A DNA stretch of 64,000 bases. Source: Tubulanus polymorphus. Lineage: Eukaryota; Animalia; Nemertea. The stretch lies in the NCBI RefSeq assembly GCF_964204645.1, contig NC_134029.1, forward strand, positions 14,626,950 to 14,690,949, read 5' to 3'. The notes beneath the pieces are model-generated. The model worked only from the letters and a program-made list of their open reading frames with translations, made no database searches and was not told the DNA's origin. Of the stretch, positions 54,601-64,000 are shown piece after piece (within the stretch, counting starts at the first letter, position 1; each line of letters starts with the position of its first letter). The translations under genes were made by a program, and so were the position numbers.

Positions 54601-57600
54601 GAAATGTTTGATATCATTCGAGGCTTGAGTAGACGGCTTGAAATAGCGGAACACAAGATAGAGGAACTGAAACAAGAAAATATCGAGCTCAGGTATCGAT
54701 CAATAAGGCAAAACTTGCTCGTCTTCAATGTTCCTGAAACTCCGAATGAAACCTGTCTCAAGTGGCCCGTAACTTTTTAACTGAGAAAATGAAAGTTACT
54801 CTCACTTCAGAAAGCTGTAAAGCTGTTTTAGACATAGCTCATCGTATCGGATCAAGAAGTAAGCGCCCAATAGTTATCCTCTTCACAACGCGTTGCGGTA
54901 AAATTGAAGCTATGACGTATAGCAAAAACCTAAAAAGTTCAAATTACTACGTACGAGACCAACTACCCCGAGAAATGAATGATAGAGCAGCCGCCCAAAT
55001 CAACGACTTCAAAGCGCTAAAAAGCAATGAACAAAACCGTGTGAGAATGGTTCGAGATATGCTCATACTGAATGGAGAAATCGAGCGACCAGAGCTTTCT
55101 CGCAACCCACTAACACCTGACATAATGGATTTAGTTGAAATTGACGAAACCGAATTAATTCAATCCGAAATAAAATCTATCGAAAATTGTGAGATTCGTG
55201 CGAGTACAATTAGTACTGAAAAGGTTCACGCATTGCTTGACTTAAACACTAGTATTAAGATCATCACTCTCTTATCCAAATTCATTTGCAAAAATAGTGA
55301 CCGCTTACCACTACCCTGATAGCATGTTCTCATTTTAATTTCCCCCAGTGTTTTTCTTTATTCGTTAGTTTTGCGTCACTCTTTTCATGTGTTTATGTAT
55401 GTAATTATATGTTCAACCTGTCCATAATGGATTTTTCCCGCGTGAAAGGTATCGTTCTTATGTATCGTATGTCAGTTTGATGTTAATAAATTGGATTATA
55501 AATAAAAATAGCTTTATACGCGTTCTCCGCTGAGCTCTCACTCCCTTCACTAGTCTTCTGCTGTGGCATCCGGTGGCCTCTTATCGTCTAAATCTTGTGG
55601 GGCCGGGAGCGCCCAACTGAGTTTGTTTAACCCCGCCTGGTTCTGGGCTTTTCGTGTTCGAGACTGCTTACGTTTTCTCGCCCGAATGCTTAGCTTGGTC
55701 GACGCATCATTTTTCAGCGAAAAGATATCTAATATAAATGCCGCCTTGGCTGGTGTGTCACTACCAACTGAAATTCCATGCAATAAAAGCACTGCTTGCA
55801 GGCTGTCTGTTCTTGATCTGGCATCTGTTAGTGAAATACAACGGTTAATTATGTGTTCGCCATCTAAAACTTGTATGTTAGACCCCATACCGACTCATTT
55901 ACTTAAAAATTTTAGTGTTCTACCATGTATAGCTCCAGTAGTCTGTAACATTGTCAATGATTCCTTGGCAAGTGGTGCTGTTCCCACAGAATTCAAACAG
56001 GCAATTGTTACCCCGCTTCTTAAGAAACCGACTTTGGACCGCCGTGTTTTAGATAATTATCGGCCTGTGTCTAACCTTGGTTTCTTATCCAAGATTTTAG
56101 AGAAGGTAGTTGCGAGGAGATTTCGCCATCATATGTCATATAACGGCCTCTATGAGTGCCTACAATCAGCCTACAGAGCTGGGCATAGCACCGAAACAGC
56201 CTTAGTCAGGGTGCAAAACGACATTCTGTGTGCTTTTGACAAGAAGCAGGTAGTTGGATTGGTGCTGCTCGATTTATCAGCAGCATTCGATACTGTCAAT
56301 CATGAAGTTCTTCTTAATCGACTAAAAGACTGTGTTGGGTTAGAAGGCAGCACACTTAATTGGTTTAGGTCCTACTTGGACAATAGAACTCAATGCGTTT
56401 GTGTTGATGGTCACATGTCGTCCCCTTGTAGGCAGGGTTCTGTCTTAGGCCCTTTGCTGTTTTCGATCTACATGAGCCCACTAGGCGAAATAATTCGTAA
56501 ACATGGTATCTGCTACCATTTTTTTGCTGATGACAGCCAGCTCTACATTTGTTTCCATCCTGCTGATAGTGTAGATGCAATCTCTAAACTTGAGACTTGT
56601 ATTGCAGAGGTTCGAGAGTGGATGACTAGAAATTTCTTAAAATTTAATGATGACAAGACTGAATTTCTGATCATCCATTCTCGTCAACAGAACTTTTCTG
56701 CCCTGCCCAACAGCTGTAAATGTTGGTGGTCACATGATTCAACGGAGTAGTGTCGTAAGAAATCTAGGTGGTTATTTTGATGAGCACATGTCCATGGATA
56801 ATCACATCAGAAATATTTGTAAATCTTGCTACCTTCATTTGAGGAACATTGGGCTCATCCGGAGTTGCATTAGTTACTTCTAGGCTGGATGGGCTCAATG
56901 CTCTACTCATTGGTATTCCGCAAACCACACTTTCCCTTTTACAAAGAGTTCAAAATAATGCTGCCCACCTTGTGACTGGCACTCCAAGAGGTGACCATAT
57001 TTCCCCAGTTTTGAAAAGCCTTCATTGGCTTCCAGTTGAGAAAAGAATCCAATTTAAGGTGCTCGTTTTAACATACAAGTGTGTTCATGGCCTAGCTCCA
57101 ACCTACCTACAACAACTAGTTCAACTTTATACACCAAGTCGTTCATTAAGATCTTCTGGAGAACTCCTTTTGTCCCAACCTAGAAGCAGGCTGACGTCGT
57201 TTGGAGATCGCTCTTTTTCATGTGCTGCTCAACGTATGTGGAATAAGCTCTCTATTTCTATTAGAGCATCTGACAGCTTAGCGATTTTCAGGCCATGTCT
57301 GAAAACGCATCTGTTTTCATAACTGGTACAAAAGTGTCTTTGATCGCATTTTTTTGTGGATACAGGCACCATAAATACATTAATAATAATGATAATAATA
57401 ATCTGTTAAACCGATTGTCAGGTTTTCTACCGTGTAGTGCATCAAGTTGCCTAGGGCAGGGAGCATTTTCCTGGGCTTCCCCAAAACATTAGTTTTAGAT
57501 TGGTAATGTCCAGGATATGACAGGATATGACACTCATGAGAGAACTGAATTTTCAGTCCCTCCTACGTAGGGAATGTCTGACTTGCCATGTGTTCCGGCG

Positions 57601-59560
57601 TTCATGGATTGCAATCTAGTCCCTGGAGATATCGGCCTCATAATATTTTTCTCGTCGTCAAGGCTCACGTTAATATATTCCTTCTAGATGAATGGATTCG
57701 GTTCTAAACTCCCGCAGCAGATCCAGAATTCGCTGTTCCAGGTCCTGCTTGGGTCACACTACCCTGCTTTTCCGATTGGTGCGCCCCAAGGAACAATATC
57801 AGAACATTGAAGGGTCCCTTAGGCTTTCTGAAAGCCCTGGTCGCGGACTTTTTTCTTTACGGGCACTCGTGGACGAGCAGCCAAGGTTAAGGCAAGTGGT
57901 TGAGGACGATGGTAGAGGCACATTCTCTCGCCCTAGCCCTTTCGTATGGTGCTTACTTGAGCCCACAGAGTGGCCATGTGATTTAAGGCTTTCGTCTCCA
58001 GTTCGCGTATGTCTCGCCTTGTGAGACATCCTCCGGGCATAAGACCCAAAGGTTTATGAGGTACACCTCTCCTGCAACGGGATATGCTGGGAGGTATAGC
58101 AGGCTCTGCCCCCCCCCCCCCGGCCAATTGGGTGACATCGATCGCCTTGATGTGGGCATGATGTTTGACCTTCCAGGGTAGACAGCTCTCTCAGCTAAAA
58201 TTTGTATTTCTGAGGGATACTTATGTGGGGTACAGGATATTCCCGCCCTCCTTCCCCACTCGGCTCTTTGCGCAGAGTTTCAGAACAAATTGGGTCATGT
58301 GGCTCGTGGCAGCTCCTCCGTACAGGACGGGGTACTCCAAAAAATGTTTAGTGGTATAGTTCCCAAACTAAGGTAACTTCTAAAATACGTAAGTATCCCT
58401 CAGAAATACAAATTTTACTCAGGAAAATTATGATATTCATTTTGTGTATTCATTTGAAAATTACCAACATCTATTAGAGTTCCAGCTGAGATGAATAGTT
58501 AAGTATCTATTTAATAAAATCCATACAACCTCAGTATATCTCGATCCCCTTGGACTGAAAAAGTACCTTTGGGCTAAGAAGTCCCCAGCTTTTGTGAAAT
58601 TTTTAGTTGTGACTACCTGATTTGCATTAACAATAATGACAATTTTTGACTCTTCTTTAAACATTGCCTCCAATATCTCTATATAGGTTAAGTACTTATT
58701 TGAAGCAAGAGCTTTAGCTAATGTATAGTAGCTTCATCAGGTAAATGAGTAGTCAATGGAAAAGCAAAAGTATTTATAGGCAGAGTGACAGTCAACTAAA
58801 AAGTTCTATATGGTACTACTCATCTCATTGTTTGTTCTACACCCGGTTAACATGGCTTGTCTACAAATCTTTCAATATCTCTGTAACTAAGCAGGCAAAA
58901 ATGACAAATGAAGTTTTTATACTTGTGTTTTGAGGGCAACCTATTATTCATTCAATCAATTATTCTTACAAACTCAGTGAACAGTAAAGTATACCTGGTA
59001 ATGCTATTTATGAAGTATGCAATATGTTTGTTACCTGTCTTCAATATTTTGTCCCATTACTGTTTGCTCAAAACAGGGAGAAATACATGGTGCAGCCACA
59101 TCCTAGTTTCTTCCACATTTTGCCCACCGGTATGTATAACAACCACGGTTGTCTTTTCAATTTTAGCTCTGTCATCAAAGGTAGCCAGCACTAATACGCC
59201 GAGAAATGATTCTATGTCTCATGGATTCATATATATTGCACATCCAAGGGCCGTTTCAGGATTCACATGGAGAAAAACAAGCAAATATATGCCAAAGTAA
59301 GATGTTGAACGTTTAACCTTTCCATTTTGAATTGAACCATTTCGTTCATACCATTTCTTTCATTTTTGTTCCAGTGGTTCAGTGGCAAACATGCTTATGA
59401 CATCTTGTAATGATGGAATCTGTAGAATTTGGTGTGAAACTATTGTTCCTGATGATGGCCTTATTGACTTGTATCGCTTGGATGTTGCTAGTGTCCAGCA
59501 TCCAAAATATCACACTATCCGTTACAGAGATAGGTTCCTTCAGCGACTGAAATATGTGAA
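11205..59560 (+). CDS. DMXL2: DmX-like protein / rabconnectin-3 alpha (DMXL1/DMXL2 ortholog), partial; 7 internal exons: 11205-11276, 15944-16022, 19585-19729, 35119-35185, 50083-50122, 59167-59296, 59375-59560
   Basis: Spliced translation [24 protein letters not shown]|[27 protein letters not shown]|[13 protein letters not shown]...WDCLWQCR|[22 protein letters not shown]|[13 protein letters not shown]|A...[24 protein letters not shown]|[30 protein letters not shown]... matches the N-terminal WD40 region of DMXL/Rbcn-3A as I recall it. All junctions are AG/GT with compatible phases (0,1,2,0,1,2). Confidence 0.93.
11681..12492 (-). mobile_element. pogo/Tigger-like (Tc1/mariner) non-autonomous element inserted into a local ~330-bp duplication
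   Basis: TA|cggtcaaacccgctttattcggatc ... gatccgaatgaagcggtacttgacag|TA; minus-strand KQTLISAFF resembles the Tigger transposase C-terminus; flanks (11550-11680 + 12493-12690) duplicate 12694-13005. Confidence 0.7.
13797..14650 (+). mobile_element. HINE/DINE-like Helentron copy, 3'-truncated, adjoining a foldback-MITE arm
   Basis: tttttagccaacttgggactttagtcccagcgg start; body homologous to 6713-7977. Confidence 0.75.
14990..15440 (+). repeat. Second dispersed family (another copy at ~63455-64000), ending in cacgcg...agggttttct...agaaaaccct hairpin; probably a Helentron-type 3' end
   Basis: tcatgatgaggagaaactc...ggctcgacagtgctttt is shared with ~63457. The terminal hairpin recurs at ~8590, 15340-15440 (twice), ~15760, ~16590 and ~63960. 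Confidence 0.6.
15944..16022 (+). CDS. DMXL2: DMXL exon ([27 protein letters not shown])
   Basis: tttcag acceptor, gtaagt donor, 79 nt, phase 0/1. Confidence 0.9.
16630..17742 (+). mobile_element. Maverick/Polinton-family fragment (AT-rich repeats plus two small ORFs homologous to 33461-33679 and 33735-34016)
   Basis: [33 protein letters not shown] vs [33 protein letters not shown]; the second ORF has a frameshift and a stop. Confidence 0.75.
17743..18640 (+). mobile_element. 5'-truncated Penelope-like element: GIY-YIG endonuclease C-terminus plus 3' pseudo-LTR
   Basis: [30 protein letters not shown]...SH...HNF...LESALI (GIY-YIG with CCHH zinc motif typical of PLEs); downstream hammerhead and AATAAA. 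Confidence 0.88.
18521..18568 (+). ncRNA. Minimal type I hammerhead ribozyme of the Penelope-like element
   Basis: ttattc CTGAAGA t GACTAT taggat ATAGTC GAAA CGTT gaaataaa: CUGANGA core, 6-bp stem II, GAAA, palindromic ACGT stem III, stem I ttattc/gaa(a)taa. Confidence 0.78.
19585..19729 (+). CDS. DMXL2: DMXL exon ([13 protein letters not shown]...DWDCLWQCR)
   Basis: ttttag acceptor, gtgaca donor, 145 nt, phase 1/2, open frame. Confidence 0.9.
20217..20745. repeat. 174-bp tandem duplication (20401-20574, 20575-20745) with a partial third copy at 20217-20290
   Basis: ccaaagccaaactgatttcttccgtctgtccgcagcg at 20401 and 20575; its first ~20 nt recur at ~21724. Confidence 0.85.
22310..29274 (-). 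mobile_element. Helitron, both termini intact, Rep/PIF1-helicase pseudogenised
   Basis: Minus-strand 5' A|TCTATACTATAAAG (29274); 3' hairpin acccgtccattggacaggt then CTAG|T (22310). Helitron_like_N ORF 26521-27522 ([14 protein letters not shown]); Rep motif [11 protein letters not shown] at ~26320-26350; helicase motifs [37 protein letters not shown]...[12 protein letters not shown]. Confidence 0.93.
22805..23873. mobile_element. Non-autonomous TIR element with 5-bp TSD (hAT5-like) inserted in the Helitron helicase
   Basis: TGAAC|cagtgcttcatctag ... ctagatgaagcactg|TGAAC; removing it restores [14 protein letters not shown]. Internal segment ~22960-23160 recurs at ~51985-52205. Confidence 0.8.
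30496..33050 (+). pseudogene. Protein-primed family B DNA polymerase (N-terminal zinc fingers, endonuclease VII-like HNH, exonuclease), truncated before the palm
   Basis: EGSG, SYIKLP...[19 protein letters not shown] (ExoI), CCYC...DHDH...[11 protein letters not shown] (EndoVII-like), FHNLSGYD (ExoII), [23 protein letters not shown] (ExoIII), DP..YSSPGL; several stops and frameshifts. Confidence 0.88.
33461..33679 (+). CDS. Small Maverick-associated putative membrane protein (72 aa)
   Basis: Hydrophobic [16 protein letters not shown] followed by a basic/coiled tail; intact homolog at 17291-17512. Confidence 0.55.
   Translation: MDGFIPTGKSDLKHYLVVGGLILAALYFYYENISKDLINENNKLRKKLKKLNTRNGNNHKNGNNHKKVVESD
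33735..34016 (+). CDS. Small Maverick-associated protein with a hydrophobic segment and a C-terminal C2H2 zinc finger (93 aa)
   Basis: [21 protein letters not shown]; degenerate homolog at 17536-17742. Confidence 0.55.
   Translation: MSENILNLLNLIYRNQEKMKLIMMISGLVSFSVYSLKQLFHFFDDCIIKYIELKNNINYISDRMNNIKRCEICSKKYKTEKGFRNHKFRHKLE
35119..35185 (+). CDS. DMXL2: DMXL exon ([22 protein letters not shown])
   Basis: poly-T ag acceptor, gtaagt donor, 67 nt, phase 2/0; WD40 FSxDG motif. Confidence 0.9.
36179..36828. mobile_element. Tc1/mariner (pogo/Tc2-like) MITE; partial second copy at ~29350-29563
   Basis: TA|ccgtattttccggtgta...gtcga ... tcgacttatacaccggaaaatacag|TA. Confidence 0.8.
37068..40978 (+). 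pseudogene. Spliced KDZ (Kyakuja-Dileera-Zisupton)-family transposase relic
   Basis: Exon 40801-40978 CCDGYSLD...[26 protein letters not shown] (KDZ C-terminal motif); in-phase exons 39290-39489 and 39596-39687 (...[11 protein letters not shown]); SWIM-like CxC..C..C.H at ~37490-37530. Central catalytic exons not found. Confidence 0.68.
41376..42565 (+). mobile_element. HINE/DINE-like Helentron, full length
   Basis: Same subTIRs, (GTCC)n, central repeats and ctagt end as 6713-7977. Confidence 0.82.
45427..48140 (-). pseudogene. RAG1/Transib-related DDE transposase pseudogene with an internal PHD finger
   Basis: GDLHFL (2nd Asp), YPCLWC (Zn), [34 protein letters not shown] (Zn), [14 protein letters not shown] (catalytic Glu) parallel the RAG1 core motifs. 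Stop and frameshift at ~46110-46126; first-Asp segment absent near 47000. Confidence 0.78.
47263..48139. repeat. ~440-bp near-perfect tandem duplication within the RAG1-like 5' coding region
   Basis: aagttcaagtaacttattcaccggtagtctc at ~47263 and ~47703, continuing to ...tcaaatttggtcggataat. Confidence 0.9.
48568..48643. repeat. (TA)n microsatellite
   Basis: Direct reading. Confidence 0.97.
50083..50122 (+). CDS. DMXL2: DMXL micro-exon ([13 protein letters not shown])
   Basis: ttttttttccag acceptor, gtatca donor, 40 nt, phase 0/1; DxxVKVW WD40 end. Confidence 0.85.
54349..55200 (+). mobile_element. LINE ORF1 fragment (coiled coil + RRM-type), frameshifted
   Basis: [35 protein letters not shown]...DIAHRIG...[10 protein letters not shown]...YVRDQLP. 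Confidence 0.72.
55700..57402 (+). mobile_element. 5'-truncated L2/CR1-clade LINE ORF2 (RT) pseudogene with a (TAA)n-like tail
   Basis: [83 protein letters not shown]; tail taataataatgataataataat. Confidence 0.92.
57500..58417 (-). mobile_element. Possible DIRS-like (tyrosine-recombinase retroelement) relic
   Basis: Perfect 28-bp inverted pair 58196-58223 / 58390-58417 (taaaatttgtatttctgagggatactta); minus-strand PYVGG resembles the start of DIRS pol; elevated GC. Confidence 0.4.
59167..59296 (+). CDS. DMXL2: DMXL exon (...[24 protein letters not shown])
   Basis: ttttag acceptor, gtaaga donor; conserved [19 protein letters not shown] motif. Confidence 0.93.
59375..59560 (+). CDS. DMXL2: DMXL exon ([29 protein letters not shown]...RFLQRLKYV)
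   Basis: ttccag acceptor after a 78-bp intron, gtaagt donor; conserved NxLxTSCxDxxCRxWxET motif. Confidence 0.93.
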
Positions 59561-59849
59561 GTAAGTAAGCAATGATCTTTGTCTCATATTTTGATAGATT
59601 TTCAAACACTTTTGAAATGCGTTGTAGCACTGTTGTAAATGTGGAGGTTTGTCAAGATTCGAAAACCTTTTGTGAAATAGTTGTTTCCCAAAGGGCAAAA
59701 AGTATTAACTTTAGAAAGCCTGGTGGAGCACCATTGAATAACAAAAGTCTTGATGTATAATAATACAAAAAGAAAATATAAAAGAAAATATAGCTGCAAA
59801 GCAGTGATAACGGGTTTTCTGCACAGTCTTAGAATCCTGTTCAACGGTG

Positions 59850-60080
59850 GATTTCAACAAAGCATTTGATAAGGCTCAACATCAGCCATTGCTAAACAGG
59901 CTATTAGGAAACCGTATCAATGATAGGTCGCCCAAATGGCTCAGCAGTTATCTCTGAACGGAAACTTGTAACCGAAATCAACGGAACGCCTCATCTTGGA
60001 ATTAGACGGTCTAACTAGTGGAGTCACGCAAGGTAGTATCCTAAGTCGTCTTCTGTTTAATGTCCTGACAAATGACATAC
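59850..60080 (+). mobile_element. Degenerate LINE RT fragment (related copy at ~13300-13500)
   Basis: DFNKAFDK.....LL..L...WLSSYL...SGVTQGSILS. Confidence 0.65.
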
Positions 60081-60159
60081 ACAGTAATCCAAAATATACC
60101 AGACCGAGTAAATTTCCAAAACGACCTTAACACACTGTTCGGCCAAAAAACTTTTCCGA

Positions 60160-63150
60160 CAAAACCACGGGTGACAAAACCAAAATTATGAATTGTCGCG
60201 GGTGACAAAACCAAAATATTGAATTGTCACGGGCGAAAAAACAAAAATAATGAATTGTCGCGGGCGATGAAACCAAAATAATGAATTGTCGCAGACGACA
60301 AAAACAAAATATTGAATTGTTGCGTGCGACAAAACCAAAATAATGAATTGTCGTGGGCGACAAAACCAAACTAGGGGTCCAGGGACACCATGCTCACTTA
60401 AGAAGTGGTTTCAAATGCGCAACAATCTAACAATTTCAATACATAACGCCCTCTAGTGACCATATACAAAAACCAATGACCTTGAAACCCACCACAATCA
60501 TAGAACATGTGAGCAGTTATGATTTTGTAATCGATTGTGATAACAAAATATGCCTCGTTACCAATTTAATATGGAAATACTAAGTTATTCTACTATTCAA
60601 CGCCCCCCGGTGACCATATGCAAAACCCAATGACCTTAAAACTCACCCCAATCGTAGTACATGTCATGAAATACAACTTTGCAATTGATCATAGTAACAA
60701 AATATGCCTAGGTACCAATCTAATAAGGAAATGCTAAGCCATTCTACTATTCAACGCCCCTTGGTGACTATATGGAATAACTTATGTCCTTAAAAACTCA
60801 CCACAATCATAGACGATGTCATGAACTACAACTTTGCAATTGATCATGGTAACAAAATATGCCTTGGTACAAATATAGCAATACTAAGTTATTGTATTAT
60901 TCAACGCCCCCTGATGGCCACATACAAAAACCAATGACCTTGAAACTCACCAAAATCATAGAACACGTTATGGGCTACAACTTTCCAATTGAATATAGTA
61001 ACACAATATGCTTAGGTATCAATTTAATGTGGAAAAACTTTTTCCCACCTACGAATGAGTACTGATGACACCAAGATGGCCGCCAATTGCGTCATAATTG
61101 GCTGATCAAAGATACCTGTCCCAGGTATAAAACATCCCTCTCTAAAGAATACCCATCAGCAATTGCAATGAGAAATGGCAAACCAGTAGGAAGCTACGGG
61201 ACCTAGAATTCTGGCCAAAATTGACATTTTTGGGCACTAAAAAGGTCATAGGACGGCCATCTTGAGTCAGATCGACCCAATTTTCTTATGCTGATGGGCC
61301 TTTGGTAGATTCAAATATAAACGAAAGATCAAGGTAATTGATCAAAGCGTCTTCAAAATTTCCCACGAAAACTTCGAAAATGTTTAAAAATTGCTGATTT
61401 TGGCAAACAACAATGGCTGCCAGTCGGCCATCTTGAATCTGACAGGGCCAGTTTTTGGGCTGACGATGTGTCTAGGGTAGATACATGTATAAACCAAATA
61501 TCAAGACATTTCCTTGAAGCGTCTTCAAAACTTCCCAAAATAACTGGATTCCGTCTATGGACGGACAGACGGACGAAAAGTGAACGCAATAGCCCGCTGG
61601 GACTAAAGTCCCAAGTGGGCTAAAAATAATTGTCGTGGGCGACAAAACCAAAATATTGAATTGTCGCGGGCGAAAAAAAAACAAACTAATGAATTGTCGC
61701 GGGCGACAAAACCAAACTAATGAATTGTCGGGGGCGATAAAACCAAACTAATGAATTGTCGCGGGCGATAAAACAAAAATATTGAATCGTCGCGGGCGAT
61801 AAAACCAAAATAATGAATCGTCGCGGGCGTCAAAATCAAAATAATGAATTGTCGCGGGTGACAAAACCAAAATAATGAATTGTCGCGGGCGATAAAACCA
61901 AAATAATGAATGGTCTCGGGCGACAAAACCAAAATAATGAATTGTCGCGGGCGATAAAACCAAAATAATGAATTGTCGCCGGCGATAAAACCAACATATT
62001 GAATTGTCACGGGCGATAAAACAAAATTAATGAATTAGCGCGGGCTACAAAACCAAAATATTGAATTGTCGCGGGCGACTAAACCAAAATATTGAATTGT
62101 TGCGGGCGACAAAACCAAAAAAAGAATTGTCGGGGCGACAAAACAAAAATAATGAATTGTCGCGGGCTATAAATCAAAATTAATGAATTGTCGCGGGCGA
62201 TAAAACCAAAATAATGAATTGTCGCGGGCGACAAAACCAAAATGGTGAATTGTCGCGGGCGACAAAACCAAAATGGTTAATTGTCGCGGGCGACAAAACC
62301 AAAATCGTGAATTGTCGCGGGCGACAAAACCAAAATGGTGAATTGTCGCAAGCGACAAAACTAAAATAATGATTTGTCGCGGGCGATAAAACCGTAATAA
62401 TGAATTGTCGCGGGCGATAAAACCAAAATAATGAATTGTCTCAGGCGACAAAACAAAAATAATGAATAATCGCGGGCGATAAAACAAAAATATTGAATTG
62501 TCGCAGGCGATAAAACCAAAAAAGAAAATTGTCGCGGGCGACAAAAACAAAATATAAAACCAAAATAATGAATTGTCGCGGGCGACAAAACCAAAATAAT
62601 GAATTGTCGGTGGCGATAAAACCAAACTAATGAATTGTCGCGGGCGATAAATCCAAACTAATGAATTGTCGCGGGCGATAAAACCAAAATAATGAATTGT
62701 CTCGGGCGACAAAAACAAGATATTGAATCGTCGCGGGCGACAAAATCAAAATAATGAATTGTCGCTGGCGACAAAACCAAAATAATGAATTGACGCGGGC
62801 GATAAAACCAAAATAATGAATGGTCTCGGGCGACAAAACCAAAATAATGAATTGTCGCGGGCGATAAAAACAAAATATTGAATTGTCCCGGGCGATAAAA
62901 CCAAATTAATGAATTATCGCGGGCGATAAAACCAAAATATTGAATTGTCGCGGGCGATAAACCCAAAATAATGAATTGTCGCGGGCGACAAAACCAACAT
63001 ATTGAATTGTCGCGGAATGTCGCGGGCGATAAAAACAAAATATTGAATTGTCCCAGGCGATAAAACCAAATTGATGAATTATCACGGGCGATAAAACCAA
63101 AATAATGAATTGTCGCGGGCGACAAAACCAAAATATTGAATTTTCGCGGA
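60160..63150. repeat. 31-bp minisatellite (GGGCGACAAAACCAAAATAATGAATTGTCGC)n interrupted by a HINE
   Basis: 31-nt period (e.g. 61801 vs 61832); arrays at ~60160-60370 and ~61623-63150. Confidence 0.95.
60370..61622 (-). mobile_element. HINE/DINE-like Helentron, full length, minus strand
   Basis: actaggggtccagggacacc ... gacggacagacggacg ... gcccgctgggactaaagtcccaagtgggcta = reverse complement of the 6713 family. Confidence 0.82.
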
Positions 63151-64000
63151 ATGATGCAATCGTGAGTTGAAATAATACCTGAACAAATGGATGCACAGAC
63201 ATTTACTTTATATATCTACTTGAACAATCGAGCCTACTCAGTAATATACTCAGTTTTTACGAAATCTGGAGTTTTTGTTTCAGAGAAATTTGAGTATCAG
63301 TATCCGATGCTATATACTAACGTTAACGTTAGTTATCATCGCTCCGTCATGCTAAGTTATACATTTCATGTCAACCAGTATCTAAAGGCAGCTGTACAGT
63401 GTGTACACACTATATCTGAATACGAGGCTGGAATAACAGGCTCACTTCACGTAGGTTCATGATGAGGAGAAACTCGCAGCTGATCCCCGGAACGACGATG
63501 GAGTAACACACGTCGAATCGTCGATGTTTACGGCTCGACAGTGCTTTTAAAATCTAAAGTAGTAAATTTCCAGTGTATCGGTAATATGATTTGATGAGGA
63601 AAATGGGCTATTGTTAAAATCACTGTTTGAAGACCGTGACTGAATGTGAAGTCTGCGGCAATAAATTAGTTCATTTATACTTGAATTGATAATCGAAGTG
63701 ACAGTCGGCCTGCGGGTTGATTTCGGGATGACGACTCGAAAAACATGTCGCCCCATTGAATGGGGCTAAATTTTCGATGTTTACGGCCCGACAGCGCTTT
63801 TGTAACGATGATTCGTGAAAAAACACGCGGGCTATTTGTAGATCTCAGTGAGCTGAACGACATTATATGGATTGTATATGAAACAGCGGTAAGGTAACAA
63901 AGCCTATGTTCTTTTGGTAAAAATAGTGTGGAAGAAAATAATAATAATAATTATCACGCGGATATCAATAGGGTTTTCTGTGAAATAACAGAAAACCCTA

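Noticed and set aside
60160-63150. CRISPR array (31-bp partially palindromic repeats)
   Set aside because: Units are head-to-tail with no unique spacers, no cas genes are present and the context is eukaryotic; the ORFs across it are repeat artefacts

Overview
AT-rich animal (invertebrate-type) genomic DNA. The only clear host gene is a DmX-like/rabconnectin-3 alpha (DMXL1/2 ortholog) on the + strand. I reconstructed seven small internal exons between 11205 and 59560, all with GT-AG boundaries and matching phases; the gene's start and end appear to lie outside the window. Its 3.6-15 kb introns hold nested mobile elements: a Jockey-type LINE, an L2/CR1-type LINE, a Penelope-like element with a hammerhead ribozyme, a 7-kb Helitron with intact ends, and many DINE/HINE-type non-autonomous Helentrons. 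There is also a 4.45-kb Maverick/Polinton deletion derivative with ~700-bp coding TIRs and a 6-bp TSD, a spliced KDZ transposase relic, a DIRS-like relic, several MITEs, and tandem arrays. The most unusual item is a degenerate RAG1/Transib-like transposase with a PHD finger inserted in cis inside its catalytic core. All family calls come from motif recognition by eye; no searches were run.
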